Positions 54,765 through 64,000 of a stretch of 64,000 bases of DNA are shown here, in pieces. Made by a program: the position numbers and the translations under genes. Positions within the stretch are counted from its first letter, which is position 1. Each line of letters starts with the position of its first letter. Location of the stretch: positions 197,470,001 to 197,534,000 of the forward strand of contig OZ024742.1 of the NCBI GenBank assembly GCA_964016885.1, given 5' to 3'. Source of the DNA: Eledone cirrhosa. Its lineage: Eukaryota. The notes under the pieces are model-generated. The model was not told the origin of the DNA. It saw nothing but the letters and a program-made list of their open reading frames with translations, and did no database searches.

Positions 54765-57700
54765 ATGATGGCTGCAAACTCTGCCAAGAGTATTGCAATC
54801 GTTTGTCAGATTCAGAAGTGTGACGCTCGGATATGGCTTTTCAAGCCTGCTAGAGACTTGCACTCCTTCACACACTGACAACAACTATGATCTCCTTGGC
54901 TTGAGGTCCTGCATCAGGTTTCTCGTGAACCCTCACAATACCGTGGAGATCATAGTTCACTGGTTCTCTTTTAACATGGCTGCGACTGTGGCTCCTGAGA
55001 CCAGATTTGCTCAAGCAAATGTTTCCACACTCGGCATTTCAATTCAATGGATACAGCGATCGTTTCGAGAGATACACCAGGGCATTGCTTACGCACATCG
55101 CGTTTGATCTTCTTGTGATCTACGCGTCTGTCCTAAAAATTATGGCCCCCATCATTCACCATTCCACGCCAAGTTTCTCTTTCAAGAGCTTCTATCTCCC
55201 AGTCAGCCATCATCAAACCATTTTTTTTCAATGAGTCCTTTACACAATCCTTGAATCGGAGCCTTGGCTTGTGAGGTGGTCTGTTACCCTCACAAAGCTC
55301 GCCATAAAGAGTTGTTTGGGGATTCGATCATCCTCCATTCTGTAGAGGTGTCCGGTCCATCGCAAACCCCGTTGGTCGATGAAACTCTCAATGCTCCGAC
55401 ACTCACTTTTCTCAAGGACCTCAACATCACTCACATGCATCTGCCACTTGATACCGAGCATCTTTCTGAGACACTGCTGGTGAAACCGTTCCAGTCTGTG
55501 GATATGCCGCCTGTAGGCAACCCATGTCTCACATGCATACAGCAAAGCTTACAGTACACATGCAGCATACACTCTAACCTTGGTCCTCATTGTGATTCCT
55601 TGCCTGCACCAAAGACGGTCGTTGAGCCTTCCAAATGACTCACTTGCCTTACTAACACGTAGACCAACTTCTGCATCCAGAGAGCAGGCCACACTCAGAG
55701 TACTCCCCAAATACACAAATGTGTCAGCAGCCTTCAGCTTTTGACCGTATACGTATATGGAGGGTTCATTGAAAACTTTATCCGGAGCAGCTTGGTACAT
55801 GACGACAATCTTCTTCAGACTGATTGTCAGTCTCAAAGCACTGCACGCATTGCAAAAACAATCCATAAGGTGTTGCATGTCACTCTGGGAGTGTGAAAAG
55901 AGATCACAATCATCTGCATATAAATATTCTCTGACCAAGGTATTCAGTACCTTAGTATTGGCAGTGAGATGCCTAAGGTTAAACAGCTTGCCGGAAGTGC
56001 GATATCTGAGATAGATACCGTGTTGACAATCGTTGAAGGCCATGAAGAAGATCATTGCGAAATACAAGGCAAACAAAGTCGGTGCAGGTATATCACCCTG
56101 CTTGACACCATTTTCAACCGAGATTGGCTCAGACAGTTTACCTCCAACATTCACTCATGCCTGCATGTCGTCGTAGAAGAGTTTCAGAATGTTCACAAAC
56201 TTTTCAGGACAGCCCAATCTCTCCAAAATAACCCACAAAGCCTTCCGATTAACGGTATCAAATGCCTTGGTCAGATCGACAAAAACCAGGTATAAGTCCA
56301 TGCGCTGCTCAATGCATTTCTCTTGAAGTTGTTTGGCCGAGAAGATCATGTCAACAGTGCCTCTGCCATTCATAAAGCCACATTGGGACTCAGGAAATAC
56401 CTCAACAGCAATGTGCTGTATCAATCTGTCCAACAAAATCCTGCATAAGATCTTCACAGCCACAGATAGCAGCGAGATACCTCTGTAGTTACCACACTCA
56501 TCTTTGGCTCCCTTTCCTTTGTAAAGTACCACCATCAATGCATCTTTCCAGTCCTATGGCACATCTTCTTCATTCCAAACATTCACAAAGAGATCAGTGA
56601 GGCGGTTTAAGAAGTTATCACCAGCACACTTGAAAATCTCGGCACTCAATCCATCCATTCCAGGTGACTTGCCGCTGTTTAATTTGGCAATGGCCTTCGC
56701 CACCTCATCAAATGAAGTAACTCAGTACTACCTGTCTCATGGTCGGGTCGTCGGCGACTAAATCGGAAACCCCACCAAGCTTGCCTTGTGAGGAGGGTGA
56801 TATTTGGACACCCTGCGGGATGAAATACAAGACCCGGCAAAGGGCGGGGGAATTCAGCAGAGTCAACGGCCATCCAAATAGTACCTTTTTTTTTTTACCT
56901 GGGAGTGAAGGTCCCCCATCTGATGATGTTGACCAGTTCTCCTTTTCGGGTAGTGTTTTCGATGCTCAGAGTGTGTGATTGGTCGCGGACATGGCATTTC
57001 CCCACTTAAGAAGCCTTCAAATCACAGACATCGCTTGTTCAGGATCTGTTACAGGTTCGTGTGGCTGGCCGTAGCCTAAAAGTGCACCAAACTCTATGAT
57101 GACAGATGATAACCGTGAAGTCAATGGCAGTAAGGGATCTGGAACTTATTGTGAAGGGGTATGGCCCGGCAGGTGTCCTATGGCACCGCAGCGTGGGCTC
57201 GGTCATCATCCTACAACTGCAAAGAGGTTCAAACCTCTGAATATTGGATGCTGGAATGTAAGAACTTTACTTGATTCCCAGTCCAGTGAAACTCGCCCTG
57301 GAAGAAGATCTGCTTTGGTGTCGAGGGAACTCAATCGCTATAGCATGGACATCGTTGCTCTTTCAGAAACGAGATTGGCAGGTGAGGGTCAATTCACAGC
57401 ACAGAAGGGAGGATATACCTTCTATTTGAGTAGTGGAACAGAGGGTCGCATTTGCTATCAGGAATGGAATCGTCTCAAAGCTGGAAAATCTTCCTTGTGG
57501 ATTCAATAATCGGATAATGTCCATGAGAGTCCCTCCGATTCAAAACCGCTTTGTGACTCTGGTCAGTATGTACGCTCCTATTATGTGTGCCAGTGATGAG
57601 ATGATAAAAAACTAAGTTTCTACATGTCTTTGAGAGAGGTCATCCATGGTGTACTTTATGCAGACAAGATTGTCATCCTTGCTGATTTTAATGCAGGTGT

Positions 57701-58641
57701 TGGTAATGACTGGGAAGCTTGGAGTGTGATGGGCAAGCATGGAGTAGGTAAGTGCAATAACAATGGCCTACTTCTGTTGCAGATGTGCACTGAGATGGAT
57801 CCTGTTGTTGGGAACACGCTCTTTCAGAAGAAAGACAAATATAAGACAACTTGGATGCATCCAGGTTCCAAGAAGTGACACCTTATTGATTTTGTTTTAG
57901 CGAGGAAATGTGATATCAGGGATATTACATTGGTTCGTGTATTGCGAAGCACGGAATGCTGGACTGATCATCGTCTGGTGCGCGCCAAGTTTCAATTTGT
58001 TGTGAAGCCTAAAGTAAGGGGGAAGAAGGTTGCACTTCCAAAACAACTAAACGTGGCTCGTTTGAAAACAGAGAAAGTCAGAGCTGAGCCGTCGAAGTCC
58101 TTTGAGTCCATGGAATGTGAAAACACTTGGGAATCATTGAATAACACCGTCTATGATGTTAATGCTGGAGTTTTGGGTCATACCAATAGAAAGCATAAAG
58201 ACTGGTTAGATGAAAATGATGCAGTGATCCAGACCTTGCTTGAAGAGAAACAAAAAGTGCTGACATCATTGTTGTGTGAGACACGTTCTGACAGGAGTGA
58301 CCGGACCTTTAGGCAGATCAAGGCACGTGTGCAACATCGATTGAGAGTCATGCAGGATACCTGGTGGAGCCAAAAGGCTGATGAAATCCAGAAGGCCTCA
58401 GATAGACATGATACAAAGCTCCTATATAGTCTGCTCAGGGAGGTGTATGGTCCGACCGGTTCACAAATATCACCACTTCACTCCAGAAATGGCAAGGAGT
58501 TGTTCAGAGATCCGAAGGAAATCCTGAACAGGTGGGATGATTACTTTGATGAGCTTCTCAACAGAACATCAGAAATTGATGATGAGTTCATCCGGTCGAT
58601 TCCATCCCAACCTACAAAGCTGGCAATGGCTGATCCTCCTT
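54765..58641 (-). mobile_element. RTE LINE (family 3) with inverted 5' half
   Basis: RT half on - (54765-56717); 5' UTR plus EN half on + (56717-58641); protein continuity AMADPP|SFDEVAKAIAKLNSG. Confidence 0.88.
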
Positions 58642-58990
58642 GACTGTTTTGTTTTGGTGAGTCTTTAACTGACGTTGGTGTCTACTGGCCGAGAGGTTAT
58701 TGTTCTCCACACTTCCGATAGAAAGTAATACCAAAGAGACCGCAATCGGCAATATTTTGTACATGGCTTCTATGACTTCAAGGACTACCTTTACTGAGGC
58801 AAATTAGGCCACACACATTACACATAGTCATTTTGAGCATCTGAAAATCCAGGTAAAGAAATATCGTGTAGTCCCTTACTTTGACCCCTCTTTAATTGTT
58901 CATGCTCCACACGAGATGTTTTATACACATGCATACATACATACATACATACATACATACATACATACATACATACATACATACATACAT

Positions 58991-59041
58991 AATGGCTGCC
59001 CCTTGTTATCGAGTATGGCCATTGCACGAGAAGAAAAAAAA

Positions 59042-59073
<32 letters not shown>

Positions 59074-59087
59074 TTAAAAAAAAAGAG

Positions 59088-59150
<63 letters not shown>

Positions 59151-59206
59151 CATACATATATACATACACACATACATACACATACACACACACATACATT
59201 AATAAC

Positions 59207-59264
<58 letters not shown>

Positions 59265-59300
59265 GCAATAATAATAGCAATAATAATAATAACGACAACA
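58991..59300 (-). mobile_element. RTE family-1 3' UTR fragment with expanded microsatellites
   Basis: ATGGCTGCCCCTTGTTATCGAGTATGGCCATTGCACG matches 24680-24716. Confidence 0.7.
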
Positions 59301-59360
59301 CCATACATACCTACATACATACATACATACATACATACATACATACATACATACATACTT

Positions 59361-59838
59361 GATGTCTGCAAACTCGTATTCGAACATTGCCATCGCCGAT
59401 AAAATGCCCAAAAATGTGACGCACAAATGTGGCTCTTTAAACCAGCCATACTTGCACCCTCTCGCACATAAATGGCAAATGTAGGCTCTTCGGGGACTTT
59501 GCATTGCTTTGCTCTGCATGTGTGTTCTCATAAGCCCTTCCATGTTAGCACATTCCTTGCCACATTTTTTACACCTTTTCAGATCATAATCTACATGAGG
59601 TCTACTGATATGACTTTGTTCGTGTCTAGTCAAACCAGCTTTATTCAGGCAGACTCGACCACAGTGCTGCCAAACCAGATGATGTTCAACAGCAGACAGT
59701 TCAGAACAGTCTCTTTTCACTTATTTTCTTTTTCAATGTTAGGTGTTCTCCCGAACGAGTTTCAAAGTGTTCACTACCTGACTTGATCAAACGTCTCCAC
59801 TTCACACGCTCCTCGGCCATTTTCTCACATTCATCAGA
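59361..59838 (-). mobile_element. RTE 3' fragment with C2H2 fingers
   Basis: CGRVCLNKAGLTRHEQSH, CKKCGKEC and CHLCAR..MAGLKSH. Confidence 0.7.
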
Positions 59839-59866
59839 TACATATATACATACATTCATACATACA

Positions 59867-60247
59867 TGATGGCTTCCCCCTCGTTATCTAGTATGGCCAT
59901 TACACGATATAACATTATTGATAATTATTATTATGAGTTCAAATCCCGCCGAGGTTAACTTTGCCTTTCATCCTTATGGGGTTGATAAAATAAAGTACCA
60001 GTAATGTACTGGGTAATTGCTGGTCTTGTGCCAAAAAGTAGACAGAATTATTGATAATTATTAATTAATACTATCGTGCAATGCCTGTGCGTGAAGATTT
60101 TTTTTAAAGTGAGGAAAGACTGTGCACTGAGCCAATCCCACTTTCTGAGCGACAGTAGCTATAACCCGAAAAGAAGAAAAGATCAATATCATCGGTAACT
60201 ACTGATCCGCAGGTTTTATGTCGGGGTTATCCTAGTTTCCTGAGTTA
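59867..60247 (-). mobile_element. Family-1 derivative carrying a 5'-truncated SINE insertion (59934-60047, +)
   Basis: SINE core flanked by duplicated ATTATTGATAATTATTA. Confidence 0.8.
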
Positions 60248-60251
60248 ACAC

Positions 60252-60657
60252 ATGTGGTGGCTGCCAACTCGTTTTCGAGTACGGCCACTACTTTATATCC
60301 ATCTAGGAGAACCCCTACCAATGCGCTGAACCAGTGACTTTTAGTCCAGCCAGCGACTTGAAAACTCTGGTACAAACACTACACTTGTGACAATTATTGA
60401 CACATAGTGCTGGGCCCATGGTACCATGTGACGACAAGTGCTGAGAGATCTCCAGATATAAAGCAATGCCTGTGCCGTGAAGCTTTTATAGTGAGCAAAG
60501 GCACTGCACAAAGCCAGTCCCACTCTCTTAACCAAGATGATATTTACCAAAAAGAAGAACAAGTCAACATTATTGGATACCATCAGGGTTGCAGGTGTTA
60601 CACCAGAGTTTTCCTTCTCCTAGAATTCTGCCTTGACAAAGGCTAAGGGGTCATCTC
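60252..60657 (-). mobile_element. Family-2 derivative, 5'-truncated
   Basis: Near-identical to 53990-54397. Confidence 0.85.
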
Positions 60658-60726
60658 ATACATACATACATACATACATACATACATACATACATACATA
60701 CATACATACATACATACATACATACA

Positions 60727-61232
60727 AACAATGAGAAGGAATATTTTGAGATAGATAACACTAAAGAATACTGATGGAACCTGAAAATAGAAACTGCCAC
60801 CAAATTAAAGTACAACCAGCCTGATATTGCTTTTGGGGACCACACATTGAAAATGTGCTCTGTTGTAGAAATCAGCTGCCCACTTGATATCAACGTTGTA
60901 AGAAAAATACAAGAGAAGGAAGACATCTACGGGCCATTGATGAGGAGTTTGCAGATCCAGTATCCAAGATACACCTTCAGCTTTATACCCATCATTATTG
61001 ACGCTACAGGTTATACACCAGCCCGCTTGAACCAAAGTATAACTGAACTTGGATTTTTGGACAAAGAACGTAGCTTCCCAATTCATAGACTACAAATGGC
61101 TGCGATAGGTGGCACCTTCAAAATTTGCAAAACACTCTTGAGATTCAAGGCTTGACAATTTCTTTTCTTTTACAACCATGCCACCAGGAAGGTGGCCGGT
61201 CAAAAAGGTACTCAAAATTAGAGAAAGAGAGA
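60727..61232 (+). mobile_element. RLE family B 3' fragment
   Basis: QPDI..CSVVEISCP...KEDIY...KICKT; ends GAGAAAGAGAGA(CATA)n. Confidence 0.85.
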
Positions 61233-61246
61233 CATACATACATACA

Positions 61247-61869
61247 TGATGGCTGCCCCCTCCTTATCGAGTATGGCCATTGCGCGATATACCATTATTA
61301 ATAATTATTAATTAATTACATCGTGCAATGCCTGTGCGTCAAGATATTTTTAAAGTGAGGAAAGACTGTGCACTGAGCCAATCCCACTCTCTGAGCGACA
61401 ACAGCTATAACCCGAAAAGAAGAAAAGATCAACATCATCGGTAACGACTGAGCCGCAGGTTTTATATCGGAGTTATCCCAGTTTCCTGAGTTGCCTTCTC
61501 CTAGAAGAATGCCCTGACAAAGGCTAGGGGTCCTTCACTCCCAATGGTTTAACCGCGCGATCGGGTGTCCAGCCCGACTATTTCTATGTCCCCGCGCATA
61601 TACATACACATGCACCCATGCATATACACATATACATATACACACATGTATATGTGTATATACATATATACACACTTTTGGATGGCCGTTGACGCTTATG
61701 AGTTCTTCCGCCCTTTGTCAGGTTTTGTTTTTTGTCCTGCATGGTGTCCCAAATCTCCCTCCTCACCAAGTAAACTTGGTGGGGTTGCCGGTTTAGTCGC
61801 CGACGACCCGACCATGTGACAGGTTGTACTGGGTTACATGTTACCAATAGCACTCAAGAGAGTCCCGAC
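61247..61869 (-). mobile_element. Family-1 bipartite RTE derivative, full length
   Basis: Complete 5' leader, UTR and 3' end, between (CATA)n tracts. Confidence 0.88.
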
Positions 61870-61925
61870 ATACATACATACATACATACATACATACATA
61901 CATACATACATACATACATACATAC

Positions 61926-62410
61926 AGATGGCACTAAGGAATACTGGTGGAACCTGAAAATAAAAACTGCCACCAAATTAAAGCACAACCGGCCTGATAT
62001 TGTAGTTTGGGACCACACATTGAAAACGTGTTCTGTTGTGGAGATCAGCTGCCCACTTGATGTAAACGTTGTCAGAAAAATACAGGAGAAGGAGGACATC
62101 TACGGACCATTGATGAGGAGTTTACAAATCCAGTATCCAAGATACACCTTTAGCTTCATACCCATCATTATTGGTGCTACGGGTTATATACCAACCCGCT
62201 TGGACCAAAGTATGACTGAACTTGGATTTGCGGACAAAAAGCGCAGCTCCCTAATTTATAGTCTACAAATAGCTGCGATAGCTGGCACCTTCAAAATTTG
62301 CAAAACATTCTTGCGATTCAAGGGATGACAATTTCTTTTCTTTTACAACCTTGCCACCAGGAAGGTGGCCGGTCAAAAAAATATACTCGAAATTAAGAGA
62401 AAGAGAAAAC
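61926..62410 (+). mobile_element. RLE family B 3' fragment
   Basis: EYWWN...HNRPDIVVWD...EISCP. Confidence 0.88.
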
Positions 62411-62422
62411 ATACATACGTAC

Positions 62423-62697
62423 ATGATGATGGCTTCCCCCTCGTTATCGAGTATGGCCATTGCACGAGAAAAAAATAATAATAATAACAATAATAATAAC
62501 AATAACAACAATAACAATAACGTCAACAACAACAATAATAAATATACATATATATATATACACACACGCACACACAAATATTTCGATACACACACACACA
62601 CACGATACCAATTAACAGCGCTGCGATAGAATGTGGATTTTTAGCCCAGCCAATGATCTAAAATGTCTCGCACAAAGTCGGCAACCAAAACATTCAC
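62423..62697 (-). mobile_element. RTE family-1 3' end including the last zinc finger
   Basis: CFGCRLCARHFRSLAGLKIH matches the C-terminus of ORF 24943-27828. Confidence 0.85.
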
Positions 62698-62727
62698 TGT
62701 ACATACGTACATATATACATACGTATA

Positions 62728-63193
62728 TGGTGGCTGCCAACTCGTTTTCGAGTACGCCCACTACTTTATATCCATGTAGGAGAACCCCTACCGATGTGCT
62801 GAACGAGTGTGACTTTTTAGTCCAGCCAGCGACTTGAAAACTCTGGTACAAATACTACACTTGTGGCAATTATTGTCACATAGTGCTGGGCCCATGGTGC
62901 CATGTGACGACAAGTGCAGAGAGATCTCCAGATATAAAGCAATGCCTGTGCCGTGAAACTTTTATAGTGAGCAAAGGCACTACACAAAGCCAGTCCCACT
63001 ATCTTGACCAAGATGATATTTACCAAAAAGAAGAACAAGTCAACATCATTGGATACCATCAGGGTTGCAGATGTTATATCAGAGTTTTCCTTCTCCTAGA
63101 ATTCTGCCTTGACAAAAGCTAAGGGGTCATCTCTCCCGGTGATTTTGGATGGTCATTGACTCTTAAGAGGTCCTTTGCCCTTTGACAGGTTTT
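62728..63193 (-). mobile_element. Family-2 derivative
   Basis: Near-identical to 53990-54455. Confidence 0.85.
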
Positions 63194-63227
63194 ACATACG
63201 TACATACGTACATACGTACATACATAC

Positions 63228-63497
63228 TGGAACAGTAAAAATATGTAAAACATTCCAAAAATTTTGCTTCTAATAACTGCATATACACATGTACAGATAC
63301 AAAGCATATACACATGCACACATACAACTCAAAACATACACATACAATAACATCCATATCTACACATGCATGCATGCATACATAATCTACCTAGTTGATG
63401 TTGTGTAAATTCTAATGAGAGAGTCTTGTGTCTATGTTAGAAAACGACTCTCTCTCTATTGGTGAAAAATTTGTGAAATTATAAAACCAGAAGAATA
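63228..63497 (+). mobile_element. RLE family A 3' end
   Basis: Matches 49840-50118. Confidence 0.85.
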
Positions 63498-63555
63498 TAC
63501 ATCCATACATACATACATACATACATACATACATACATACATACATACATACATA

Positions 63556-63860
63556 CGGGCCATTGATGAGGAGTTTACAAATCCAGTATCCAAGATACAC
63601 CTTTAGCTTCATACCCATCATTATTGGAGCTACGGGTTATATACCAACCCGCTTAGACCAAAGTATGACTGAACTTGGATTTGCGGACAAAAAACGCAGC
63701 TCCCTAATTCATAGTCTACAAATGGCTGCGATAGCTGGCACCTTCAAAATTTGCAAAACATTCTTGCGATTCAAGGGATGACAATTTCTTTTCTTTTACA
63801 ACCTTGCCACCAGGAAGGTGGCCGGTCAAAATAATATACTCGAAATTAAGAGAAAGAGAC
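63556..63860 (+). mobile_element. RLE family B 3' fragment
   Basis: Matches 62103-62410; (CATA)n on both sides. Confidence 0.88.
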
Positions 63861-64000
63861 ACATACATACATACATACATACATACATACATACATACAT
63901 ACATACATGTACATGGCGTCTGAGGATGAACAAACGTCCATCTATAATGTTCAAAACGTTGAGCTCTACAAAGGAATACAAATCTATCATATTTTATGTG

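Noticed and set aside
56919-56960. CTGATGA in the RTE 5' UTR as a hammerhead or C/D box
   Set aside because: No stem II-GAAA follows, and sibling copies read CCGATGA or CAATGA

Overview
Eukaryotic, gene-poor window made almost entirely of retroelements and microsatellites. The SINE families and (TA)n/(CATA)n/(AAT)n density resemble an octopus or other mollusc genome, which is an inference. No host protein-coding gene is recognisable. The window falls into three microsatellite-associated zones. (1) 1-14 kb is an (AAT)n cluster with a Tx1/L1-type LINE (-) and three head-to-tail R4/Dong-like RLE LINE copies (+). (2) 14-43 kb is (TA)n-rich and holds many fold-back palindromes, several minimal type-I hammerhead ribozymes of the Penelope/retrozyme kind, a non-autonomous Helitron, mariner/MITE remnants and tRNA-SINEs. 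(3) 23.5-29 kb and 47.4-64 kb are (CATA)n-separated arrays. They contain RLE LINEs, always + with a CATA tail, and RTE LINEs plus their short bipartite non-autonomous derivatives, always - with a TATG tail. The RTE copies share a structured 5' leader with compensatory base changes. One RTE shows a twin-priming-type 5' inversion. There is a 200-N assembly gap at 14095-14294.
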